Assembly: GCF_009914755.1 (NCBI RefSeq)
Contig: NC_060927.1
DNA length: 64,000 bases
DNA from: the human T2T-CHM13v2.0 reference genome, Homo sapiens
Direction: 5' to 3' (one strand)
Under the pieces are notes generated by a model. It had not been told where the DNA came from, did no database searches, and worked only from the letters and a program-made list of their open reading frames with translations. Shown here one piece after another: positions 13,501 through 28,719 of this stretch (position 1 is its first letter; every line of letters starts with the position of its first letter). Both the position numbers and the translations under genes were made by a program.

Positions 13501-13860
13501 TAGGCCCATGCAATTACAGATATCCCCTGGCTGGGTGACTTCGAACCCTGAGACCAACCAGTCACAACACTTTCCCCAGGGAAGAGGCCAGTCTGGAGGC
13601 CAAGTGCAAGGCAGATGGTCCAAAGGCCGTGGTTCTCAAGGCCAGGGCCCCGCTCTGCTCATCCTTCATGAATAACCCCAAGAGGCTCCCTTCACAAGCT
13701 GTTGTGAACTCGAGCTTGTAACTTCCACACCATGGGGAAACAGGCTGGATGCCATTCTCTTGCCCTAAAACACTCCAGAGCCACACGCTGACTCCACCTC
13801 CCCTTGCTGTTTCTTTTGCTCAGCTGGAAGTAAGGTAAGCTTTGTGTGCTTGTGTTTCAG

Positions 13861-14798
13861 GAGTTGTGCAGCATTTGCAGAACGGTCAGCTGCTGAGGGA
13901 TATCTATCTAAAGAAACACAAACTCCTGCCCAATGATTGGTCTGCAGACCAGCTCTATTTAGAGACCACTGGGAAAAGCCGGACCCTACAAAGTGGGCTG
14001 GCCTTGCTTTATGGCTTTCTCCCAGATTTTGACTGGAAGAAGATTTATTTCAGGCACCAGCCAAGTGCGCTGTTCTGCTCTGGAAGCTGCTATTGCCCGG
14101 TAAGAAACCAGTATCTGGAAAAGGAGCAGCGTCGTCAGTACCTCCTACGTTTGAAAAACAGCCAGCTGGAGAAGACCTACGGGGAGATGGCCAAGATCGT
14201 GGATGTCCCCACCAAGCAGCTTAGAGCTGCCAACCCCATAGACTCCATGCTCTGCCACTTCTGCCACAATGTCAGCTTTCCCTGTACCAGAAATGGCTGT
14301 GTTGACATGGAGCACTTCAAGGTAATTAAGACCCATCAGATCGAGGATGAAAGGGAAAGACGGGAGAAGAAATTGTACTTCGGGTATTCTCTCCTGGGTG
14401 CCCACCCCATCCTGAACCAAACCATCGGCCGGATGCAGCGTGCCACCGAGGGCAGGAAAGAAGAGCTCTTTGCCCTCTACTCTGCTCATGATGTCACTCT
14501 GTCACCAGTTCTCAGTGCCTTGGGCCTTTCAGAAGCCAGGTTCCCAAGGTTTGCAGCCAGGTTGATCTTTGAGCTTTGGCAAGACAGAGAAAAGCCCAGT
14601 GAACATTCCGTCCGGATTCTTTACAATGGCGTCGATGTCACATTCCACACCTCTTTCTGCCAAGACCACCACAAGCGTTCTCCCAAGCCCATGTGCCCGC
14701 TTGAAAACTTGGTCCGCTTTGTGAAAAGGGACATGTTTGTAGCCCTGGGTGGCAGTGGTACAAATTATTATGATGCATGTCACAGGGAAGGATTCTAA
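13861..14798 (+). CDS. PXYLP1: PXYLP1 last coding exon (C-terminal catalytic domain)
   Basis: Acceptor tgtgtttcag|GA. Open frame VVQHLQNGQLLRDIY...SRTLQSG...SAHDVT (HD at 14487-14492)...DACHREGF, stop TAA at 14796-14798. Confidence 0.97.
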
Positions 14799-15223
14799 AA
14801 GGTATGCAGTACAGCAGTATAGAATCCATGCCAATACAGAGCATAGGGAAAGGTCCACTTCTAGTTTTGTCTGTTACTAAGGGTAGAAGATTATTGCTTT
14901 TTAAAGGCTAAATATTGTTTGTGGGAACCACAGATGGTTGGGGTTGAACAGTAAGCACATTGCTGCAATGTGGTACGTGAATTGCTTGGTACAAAATGGC
15001 CAGTTCACAGAGGAATAGAAGGTACTTTATCATAGCCAGACTTCGCTTAGAATGCCAGAATAATATAGTTCAAGACCTGAAGTTGCCAATCCAAGTTTGC
15101 ACTCTTCTGGCCTGCCCCATGTTACTATGTGATGGAACCAGCACACCTCAACCAAAATTTTTTTAATCTTAGACATTTTTACCTTGTCCTTGTTAAGAAT
15201 TTCTTGAAGTGATTTATCTAAAA

Positions 15224-15448
15224 TAAAGGTTGGCAAACTTTTTCTGTAAAGGGCCAGATTGTAAATATTTCAGACTGTGTGGACCAAAAGGCCACATACA
15301 GTCTCTGTCATAACTACTCAACTCTGTTTCTGAAGCAGGAAAGCCACCACAGACAGTACATAAAGGAATATGTGTAGCTGGGTTCCCAGGCCGGACAAAA
15401 CAGATGGTGACCAGATTTGGCCCCTGGGCTGTAGTTTGCTGACCCCTC
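15224..15448. mobile_element. MER58A-like hAT-Charlie MITE in PXYLP1 3' UTR
   Basis: TIRs ggttggcaaac / gtttgctgacc and a perfect 8-bp TSD atctaaaa (15216-15223, 15449-15456). Confidence 0.85.
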
Positions 15449-16207
15449 ATCTAAAAAATAGGCTATACTACAATTGCACTTCCAGCACTTTGAGAACGAG
15501 TTGAATACCAAGAATTATTCAATGGTTCCTCCAGTAACTTCTGCTAGAAACACAGAATTTGGTCTGTATCTGACACTAGAACAAAACTTGAGGGTAAATA
15601 AACATTGAATTAGAATGAATCATAGAAAACTGATTAGAAGAATACTTGATGTTTATGATGATTGTGGTACAAGATAGTTTTAAGTATGTTCTAAATATTT
15701 GTCTGCTGTAGTCTATTTGCTGTATATGCTGAAATTTTTGTATGCCATTTAGTATTTTTATAGTTTAGGAAAATATTTTCTAAGACCAGTTTTAGATGAC
15801 TCTTATTCCTGTAGTAATATTCAATTTGCTGTACCTGCTTGGTGGTTAGAAGGAGGCTAGAAGATGAATTCAGGCACTTTCTTCCAATAAAACTAATTAT
15901 GGCTCATTCCCTTTGACAAGCTGTAGAACTGGATTCATTTTTAAACCATTTTCATCAGTTTCAAATGGTAAATTCTGATTGATTTTTAAATGCGTTTTTG
16001 GAAGAACTTTGCTATTAGATAGTTTACAGATCTTTATAAGGTGTTTTATATATTAGAAGCAATTATAATTACATCTGTGATTTCTGAACTAATGGTGCTA
16101 ATTCAGAGAAATGGAAAGTGAAAGTGAGATTCTCTGTTGTCATCGGCATTCCAACTTTTTCTCTTTGTTTTTGTCCAGTGTTGCATTTGAATATGTCTGT
16201 TTCTATA

Positions 16208-16213
16208 AATAAA
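16208..16213 (+). terminator. Probable distal polyadenylation signal AATAAA
   Basis: AATAAA preceded by U-rich sequence at the end of the UTR-like block. An alternative proximal signal lies at 15886-15891. Confidence 0.55.
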
Positions 16214-17350
16214 TTTTTTAAGAATACCTATACTATACAACTAATGGTTTGTACCTATAAGTCACTCGAGTTATTTTCAAGTGAGAGCCAGTATTTTATT
16301 TTTCCCCCTTCATTCAAATGTCATGCAGAGAACCAGTATTTTAAAATTTTATTTTAACTGCTTTACTAACTGCTGAAAGTTGTGTTATCTCTCAAGTATT
16401 CAAAGACTAAATGTGTTTTCTTTCCTTCCCACTCACAATATATCTGAATTAGAACTGCTAAACACAGCTTGAAGACTTAAAAATAAAAGTGACTCGGAAG
16501 ATTTTTTAAAAAATCAATTGATAGTATCTGTTGGTAAAAGTAAATATTGTGGCTAAGAGTCAACACCAAAAGTGTAGATAACAGTTTTGTCTTCTAAGAC
16601 ACTGGTATGCACAGCATCAAAATATCTTCCTCACTATCAAGTTCCGAGACACTTCATTCCATAACAAACACTAAGCACAGAGATGAGATCAGTGGACACA
16701 GTCATAGTCCTTGGTTTCTGGGCAGTGGTCTAATGACTTAACTCATGACAGGCCTGGGTGTATACATGCATAATTTAGCTTCCTTGTTTTTATGATTAAT
16801 ACATGCCCACTAGAAAATAACCAATACTGAAAAACAGCTTCAGAAGTGATGTTCTCATCTAATCCCACCTCCAGAGGTAATGTTGTGAGCTGTCTGACAT
16901 TCTTCTGGAAAAGTTCCATGTAGATTCAGAAATATATGTAGTTTTTAATAGGAACTAGATCATTTTATATATATGTAAATATATATAATATGTGTGTGTA
17001 TATATATATAGTTCTGTGACTTGCTTCCCTTAAAAATATTTTTCCTTTAAAAATACTTTTAATAGCTTGTATCTTTTAATAGTATGTCTTAGAAGTATTT
17101 CTCTTTTTTTTTACAATGTAATTATTTATTTATTTTTCTTTTTTTTATTATATTTTAAGTTCTAGGGTACATGTTCACAACGTGCAGCTTTGTTACATAT
17201 GTATACATGTGCCATGTTGGTGTGCTGCACCCATTAACTCGTCATTTACATTAGGTATATCTCCCAATGCTATCCCTCCCCCAGCCCCCCACTCCACAAC
17301 AGGCCTCAGTGTGTGATGTTCCCCTTCCTGTGTCCAAGTGCTCTCATTGT

Positions 17351-21163
<3,813 letters not shown>

Positions 21164-21235
21164 TATGATGTTAGCTGGTTATTTTGCTTGTTAGTTGATG
21201 CAGTTTCTTCCTAGCATCAATGCATCAATGGTCTT

Positions 21236-22253
21236 TTACAATTTGGCATGTTTTTGCAGTGGCTGGTACCAGTTGTTCCTTTCCATGTTTAGTGCTTCCT
21301 TCAGCAGCTCTTTTAGGGCAGGCCTGGTGGTGACAAAATCTCTCAGCATTTGCTTGTCTGTAAAGGATTTTATTTCTCCTTCACTTATGAAGCTTAGTTT
21401 GGCTGGATATGAAATTCTGGATTGAAAATTCTTTTCTTTAAGAATGTTGAATATTGGCCCCCACTCTCTTCTGGCTTGTAGGGTTTCTGCTGAGAGATCA
21501 GCTGTTAGTCTGATGGGCTTCCCTTTGTGGGTAACCCGACCTTTCTCTCTGGCTGCCCTTAACATTTTTTCCTTCATTTCAACTTTGGTGAATCTGACAG
21601 TTATGTGTCTTGGAGTTGCTCTTCTCGAGGAGTATCTTTGTGGTGTTCTGTGTATTTCCTGAATTCGAATGTTGGCCTGCCTTGCTAGGTTGGGGAAGTT
21701 CTCCTGGATAATATCCTGCAGAGTGTTTTCCAACTTGGTTCCATTCTCCCCGTCACTTTCAGGTACACCAATCAGATGTAGATTTGGTCTTTTCACATAG
21801 TCCCATATTTCTTGGAGGGTTTGTTTGTTTCTTTTTACTCTTTTTTCTCTAAACTTCTCTTCTGGCTTCATTTCATTCATTTGATCTTCAATCACTGATA
21901 CCCTTTCTTCCCATTGATCGAATCGGCTACTGAAGCTTGTGCGTTCATCACATAGTTCTCGTGCCATGGTTTTCAGCTCCATCAGGTCATTTAAGGACTT
22001 CTCTACACTGGTTATTCTAGTTAGCCATTCGTCTAATCTTTTTTCAAGGTTTTTTGCTTCTTTGCAATGGGTTCAATCTTCCTCCTTGAGCTCGGAGGAG
22101 TTTGATCGTCTGAAGCCTTCTTCTCTCTACTCGTCAAAGTCATTTTCCACCCAGCTTTGTTCTGTTGCTGGCGAGGAGCTGCGTTCCTTTAGAGGGGGAG
22201 AGGCGCTCTGATTTTTAGAACTTTCAGTTTTTCTGCTCTGTTTTTTTCCCCAT
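21236..22253 (-). pseudogene. L1 ORF1p, disrupted
   Basis: ATG at 22253, followed by an extra A in the A-run (+1 frameshift) and an in-frame TGA near 22073. The C-terminal 248 aa are open (MELKT...QKHAKL). Confidence 0.9.
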
Positions 22254-23470
22254 CTTTGTGGTTTTATCTACCTTTGGTCTTTGATGATGGTGATGTACAG
22301 ATGGGGTTTTGGTGTGGATGTCTTTTCTGTTTGTTAGTTTTCCTTCTAACAGTCAGGACTCTCAGCTGCAGGTCTGTTGGAGTTTGCTGGAGGTCCACTC
22401 CAGACCCTGTTTGCTTGGGTATCAGCAGCGGAGGCTGCAGAACAGTGAATGTTGCTGAACAGCAAATGTCACTGCCTAATCGTTCCTTTGGAAGTTTCGT
22501 CTCAGAAGGGTACCCAGCCATGTGAGGTGTCAGTCTGCCCCTACTGGGGGGTGCCTCCCAGTTAGGCTACTCGTGGGTCAGGGACCCACTTGAGGAGGCA
22601 GTCTGTCCGTTCTCAGATCTCAGACTCCATGCTGGGAGAACCACTGCTCTCTTCAAAGCAGGGACATTTAAGTCTGCAGAGGTTTCTGCTGCCTTTTGTT
22701 CAGCTATGCCCTGCCCCCAGAGGTGGAGTCTACAGAGGCAGGCAGGCCTCCTTGAGCTGCGGTGGGCTCCACGCAGTTTAAGCTTCTCAGACTGCTGTAC
22801 TAGCAATGAGCGGGGCTCTGTGGGCATGGGACCCTCCAAGCCAGGTGCAGGATATAATCTCCTGGTGTGTCGTTTGCTAAGACCATTGGAAAAGTGCAGT
22901 ATTAGGGTGGGAGTGACCCAATTTTCCAGGTGCCATCTGTCACAGCTTCGCTTGGCTAGGAAAGGGAATTCCCTGACCCCTCGCGCTTCCCGGGTGAGGT
23001 GATGCCTCGCCCTGCTTCGGCTCACTCTCGGTGCACTGCATCCACTCACTATCCTGCACCCACTGTCCGACAAGCCCCAGTGAGCTGAACCCGGTACCTC
23101 AGTTGGAGATGGAGAAATCACCCGTCTTCTGCGTGCTCATGCTGAAAGCTATAGACTGGAGCTGTTCCTATTTGGCCATCTTGAGAAGTATTTCTCATTA
23201 ACTTGCCACCCTTATCAGTATGTCGTAAAGATATTTCCATGTTAAGATGATAGGTGATTGATTGACTGATTGAGATGTATATAAATGTAGATGGCTCTTT
23301 ATAGCCATTGAGTAATATTTCATGGTATAGATTAGACATATTTTAAAAATCTCATTAAAAATCCATGAAATGGCAACTTAAAGCCAAGGTACTAAAACAG
23401 GACTACAAGGCTTTACACAGAACAAAGCGGAGGCTCCTTCATTGTGGTGCAGGTATTTATTGATGTGAGG

Positions 23471-23771
23471 TTTTTTTGGGGTTTTTTTTGAGACGGAGTT
23501 TTGCTCTTGCCCAGGCTGGAGTAGAATGGCACAATCTCAGCTCACTGCACCCTCTGCCTCCCAGTTTCAAGCGTTTCTCCTGCCTCAGCCTCCTGAGTAG
23601 CTGGGATTACAGGCATGTGCCACCACCACGCCCGGCTAATTTTGTATTTTTAGTAGAGACGGGGTTTCTCCATGTTGGTCAGCCTGGTCTTGAACTCCCA
23701 ACCTCAGGTGATCCACCCGCCTCAGCCTTCCATAGTGCTGGGATTACAGGTGTGAGCCACCATGCCCAGCC
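23471..23771 (-). mobile_element. Alu (AluS, Sp/Sq-like)
   Basis: Full dimer with degenerate TSD tgatgtgag / tgatgtaag. Confidence 0.93.
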
Positions 23772-24622
23772 TGATGTAAGTATTCTTTCTCTAACTTCAC
23801 TTTAAATGAAATTGAGGATCTTAATCTAATATTGCTATTAAGCCTATTTGAGGGTTTTCATAGCCATAGCAGAATTAGACTTTCTGGAAGATTTAGGTGA
23901 TTCCTTTTTCCAGAAGTCTTAAAGACTGTCTAGAGAGAGGCAGAGATACATGCTTCTGTTTCTCTGAATCTCAGGGAAGCCTTCTGAACAGATTTAGCAG
24001 TCCAGACAAGGGTGGGTGTGCCACCTTGTGTTTAAACACAACCACGAGTAGCAGAAAATAGCTGGGGTTTATGTTGCAGTTGTGGCTTTAAGAGCAGCCA
24101 GCACAAAGCTCTGGCCTAAACACCAGTTAACTCCCATTGCCCAAGGCCACTGAACTGAATGTTTGGATTGTCCCCCTGTATTTGTGCCTGCCCAGGAGCC
24201 AGCTCAGATGAGTAATAGCTTCTGCTGAAGAGGAAGCGGCTGAATACATCAGAGCATCTGGGCAGGACTTCTTGAAGCCCGACTGCCAGCGGAGACTGGC
24301 CTTGATGAGGAGAAGGCATCCCTGAGGGCCAGCTCAGCTCCTGAGAGCTACAGAGCCCCTCAGCAGAGGGATGGCCTGAGGCCTGCCTTCCAGACAACAT
24401 TGTCAGCAGTAAAGTTGGCCATGTAGTGCCAACTACGTGGTTTCCACAAGTGTTTCTTCATGAATCTTCACAACATTCTGAGGAAAGTCCTAGTTCCCTA
24501 ATGTGAATGAGGAAAACAGGCGGGGGGAGCCCGGCAGGGGTTGAAGTCACTTTTTCAAAGGAAGAGTCACAGCTGAGTCTAACTCAAGTTCACATGATAC
24601 CAGTGAACTGAAGAGCACTTAT

Positions 24623-24883
24623 AGCTGGGCATGGTGGCTCATGCCTGTCATCCCAGCACATTAAGCCCAAGAATTTGAGATGAGCCTGGGCAACATAGGG
24701 AGACCCTATCTCTACAAAAAATTAAAAGTAAAAAAATTAGCTGGGAGTGGTGGCACATGCCTGTGGTCCCAGGTCCTTGGGAGCCTGAGGTGGGAGGATT
24801 GCTTAAGCCCACGGGGGTTGAGGCTGCATTGAGCCGTGATTGTGCCACTGCACTCCACCTGGATGACAGAGTAAGACCCTGTC

Positions 24884-24914
<31 letters not shown>
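24623..24914 (+). mobile_element. Alu (AluJ-like) with short left-arm deletion and long A tail
   Basis: cccagcac jumps directly to ttaagcccaag; ~27-A tail. Confidence 0.9.
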
Positions 24915-24915
<1 letters not shown>

Positions 24916-25159
24916 AACCACTATATGAGATACCATGGGAAAATTTACACCATTTCATTAATCTTCACAATAGTCCTACCAGATAGTATATTTGCTGGCA
25001 AATATCGATGAATAATATAATAGGGTTAAAGCAGTTCTACATTTAAATCTAAATGGTTAGGGGAATATTCCAACTCTGCCTCTAACCATCTGTGGCTTGC
25101 TATTCTCAAGAAAACTTATAATGTAAAATGTATCTTTGCAGCAGTTACATTACATTCAA

Positions 25160-25175
25160 CCACTAGGGGGCAGCA
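25160..25175 (+). promoter_or_regulatory. CTCF core motif
   Basis: CCACTAGGGGGCAGCA is a near-ideal match to the CCASYAGRKGGCRS consensus, in unique sequence. Confidence 0.75.
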
Positions 25176-25226
25176 TCAACACAATTTTTCCAGTCTTCCA
25201 TCTGTAAAGGAAGCAGGGTAGTTTGA

Positions 25227-25352
25227 GGGTGTTTTAATAGGTTGAGCAGCTGTGCAGGTTTGCCTGGCACTGAGTAGTTTCCCAGGATGTGGGGCTTTCA
25301 GTGCTTAAAAAACAGGAAAGTCCCAGGCAAACTGGAACAAGTTGGTTACCCT
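25227..25352. mobile_element. Short hAT MITE (MER94/MER81-like)
   Basis: Ends agggtg...ggttaccct, with internal inverted gtttgcctgg / ccaggcaaac. Confidence 0.55.
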
Positions 25353-25854
25353 GGTGTTATATGTTGAAATGGTAGTGAGAATACTACTGTCATTCCCACT
25401 TTTACAGAAAAGGGAACCACGAGGAGTAGTTCGTCTGAGGCTCCACACGGCTGCTAGTGTGCAGCAGAGCTGGGATTCCCGCTGTGCCCATATCACACGC
25501 AGGACCATGCTCTTAAGCAGGGTATGTGATAATGCCTCCTGAACCATTTAGGACTGCCTTTGGTTCCGTGCTACCGAAACCTGATGACAGTGGCCTAAGC
25601 AATAAAGCCTTTCACTTTCGCCAGTGGCGCCATTATGTCATCAGGAACCCAGACTCCTGTTCGCCTCTCACTGGCCAGAGTGGGGCCCCTTGGCTACCTC
25701 TGCTGTAAACGAGTCGAGGGAAGTGAGGATCTTTATTGGGCACACTGCTGTCCCAAACAAGCTCAGCCTCCTTTCACTCGAGAAAAAAGGGAAAGTGGGT
25801 ACTGGGTAGAGAACTCGCAGTGACTACCACACTCTCCAAAGCCACCATTACACT

Positions 25855-26222
25855 GAAGGTGTGGATGCTGCGCCACCCTGATCCCCCACTTCAGGACTTC
25901 TTCCCCCAGTTGCTGGTGGTGCTTGGCTGTCGGTGCTTTCAGGGCACTGCTCTGGAGCAGAGAGCCATCTGCTGAAGGACATGCTCCTTCCCAGGGCAGC
26001 CACATCCAATGATTGGTCAGAATAGGGATCGGAAGGCCCAGGGACAACCCTGAGGGGCCATCTCAGCTTCAGAGCGCCTTTGGGGTCAAGCCAAGGCCTT
26101 GTGACTACAACATAGCCCAACTTCTGCCTCATCCAGCATCCTTCACAGTGTTGAGAGCACTCCCCAGCAACCCCCTGCACACACGTCTGTCTCAGACTCT
26201 GCCTCCTGGGAACTGACCTGAA
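25855..26222. mobile_element. ERVL LTR (LTR16-like)
   Basis: gatcccccacttcaggact...ctgcacacacgtctgtctcagactctgcctcctgggaac resembles the LTR16 family. Confidence 0.5.
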
Positions 26223-26919
26223 TGGAAAGCAAGCAAATCCTAGAGGCTAAGGTCTCTGCTAGCATGGGCAGGAAAGCTGGACTCATTTCTAGAAAAGGGA
26301 TAAGTATCTATTGATGACCAATAGATCTTCTATCACTGCCTTTGAGAGGCTTACCATTTTATTGCAGAAGCTAAGTATGCACATAGGAAGCAGTAGGAAA
26401 AATTTGATTTCAGACAATCCAAAGCTAATTACAGAGGGCTGTGACTTACCATTTGTTGAACAGATACCATGGGCTGGACACTAGGCTGAACATTCAACTA
26501 ATGTAGTCTGTGTATCTCACAGTATGAGTGAGCACTTGAAGTAGGCATTTATTATCCCCATTTCACACGTAAGGAAAGGCTCTGAGCTCTGAGGCTCAGA
26601 GGTAGACGTGTACATAAGATCACACAGTCAATAGTAAGTGGCCAACTCAGGACTGGAAAGTGAATTATGCTAGACTATAAACTCTTCCAGGTCCCTCTAG
26701 CTTGGTACCTCTCCCTGCGCCCCCTACTCTGTTACGTCCACACAAGTGAATAAGTAAACTTGACACTTGGGCTACAGTCAAGAGTCTACTCTGCTCAAGG
26801 GGATGATCCCCTTCTTGCATCTCTGTTATGGATATTTATATTTCTAGCTCCTTTTGTTTCTTTTCCCATTTTTTCCTAATGTAGCTTTTCCAAGAAAACG
26901 GAATCTTGTTATAATAGAT

Positions 26920-27475
26920 TGTCTTAGCCTGGTCTCCCTTGAAGCAGAGTCTGAGAAAAAAAAAAAAAAAAAAGCTTAAATGTAGTAGTTTGTTAAGTTG
27001 GTTAGGGGATGTGGTACCAAAGGAGCAGGAGTGAAAGAGGGGACAGAAGGGGAAGGAGGGAAAGCCAGTGTAAGGATGCACAGGGGCAACTGGGTGCTCT
27101 ATCCCACAGGACCTCCTAAGAAGGCTTGGGAAATACATCTCAGAACTGTTCACTTGTGGGAAACATTTATCCATTGGCTACCAGCCACAGCTGCCTTCCC
27201 TGCTCTGCTGACTTGCATGTGCATGACTGCCCAGCAGGAGGGTGCCTTGTACACCATGGCATCAGAGAAACACTAGGGCAGGAGGCAAGAGAATCAATCT
27301 CTCTCTCTCTCTCTCTCCCTCCCTCCCCACCCCCATGTGTGGACACAGTAAGAAGGTGGCTATCTGCAAGCCAGGAAGAGAGGCCTCACTAGCAACTGAA
27401 AATGCTGTCTCCCTGACCTTGGACTTCTCAGCCTCCAGACCTGTGAGAAATAAATGTCTGTTATTTAAGGCAAAA
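26920..27475. mobile_element. MaLR LTR fragments (MLT1-like)
   Basis: tgtcttagcctgg...gaagcagagtctgaga and gccaggaagagaggcctcac...gactgtgagaaataaatgtctgtt-like MLT1 segments. Confidence 0.55.
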
Positions 27476-27655
27476 AAGAGAAATCAGTAACTGGAAAAAG
27501 ACTAAGAGGGTTGGAAATGGAGCACGAGATGCACTTTATGTGCAGGATGGGCCAGCACTTGTTGAGCATTTCAACGCCCAAGACATGCAGTGTGCTTTTT
27601 ACGCAGAACCTTGTTTCATCTCACAGTAACCTGTGACTTAAAGATTATCATCCCC

Positions 27656-27966
27656 TTTTCTTTTTTTTTTTTTTTTTTTTTTTGGAGACAAGCTCTCACC
27701 CTTGTCATCCAGGCAGGAGTACAATGGCAGTAATAGCTCCCTGCAGCCTCAAGCTCCTGGGCTCAAGCAATCCTCCCACCTCAGCCTCCCGAGCAGCTGG
27801 GATTGCAGGCACGAGCTACCACACTCAGCTAATTTTCATATATTTTTTTGGAGATGGGGTCTTGCTGTGTTGCTCAGGATGGTCTCAAACTCCTGGGCTC
27901 AAGCAATCTGTCTAGCTTGGCCTCCCACAGTGCTGGGATTATAGACATGAGCCACCCCGCCCAGCC
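27656..27966 (-). mobile_element. Alu (AluJ-like)
   Basis: Poly-T plus diverged dimer; TSD tatcatcccc on both sides. Confidence 0.9.
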
Positions 27967-28719
27967 TATCATCCCCATTTTTAAGACAGGGAAAGAAACT
28001 GAGAGGAGAGGTCACTTGCCAAGGCCTCTCAGCCACGAAGTGGCAGAACTGGGAGGCAAACTAGTCTGACTCAAGCCCTTACTCATAGTCATTATATCAT
28101 TATATTAAACATTCCTCACAGGGGTCTACAGAAAGCATGTGTGATGGCTTACCAATACATACTAAATAGTTCTCTCCGGCATGTATAGATTTTACATTCA
28201 TGACAGCGTAAATCAAATTAAAAACGCTTCCTTGGCCCTCCACAGCCTTCCAGATAAAATCCAGGCTCCCTAAGGGCCTCCCTGAGTACATGGACTGCAG
28301 TTGTTGATGGATTTTCTGCATGTCTGGAAGACAGAAAAAGCGTCTTGGATCATGGTGTGGGGTGTGAGATTGACAGGATCTCCGAGAGGACAGTCGCTTC
28401 CAGAGCACTTCAGAAGCCAGTGATTTCTCAGTCCTCCACTCTTCTCCCCTTCCCTATCTGTGGTCTCCAGTGTGATCACCTAGAAAAAGAGCTTTGGAAC
28501 CATATAGACCAAGCTCAAATCCAGTTCTCTACCACTTCGCAGGTGTGGAGCCTCAAGCAAGGTACCCAGGCTCCTACAATCCCTAAACCAGGGATGATGA
28601 CTCCCGCAGAGTGTATGTGAAGCTCCAGACACATGGACCATCTCCACCTGGCAGGAGTCATTATTTCTCACAAATGACTCTCTCCATTGCTCTGAGACAC
28701 CAAAACCAGTTGAAACCAG

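Larger units (their letters stand above)
14799..16235 (+). other. PXYLP1: PXYLP1 3' UTR (end approximate)
   Basis: AT-rich sequence after the stop codon with several AATAAA hexamers (15222, 15597, 15886, 16208). Confidence 0.7.

Noticed and set aside
13842-13860. ORF-track N-terminus MCACVS of the 318-aa ORF
   Set aside because: TTG start inside the intron; the true exon begins after the AG at 13860.
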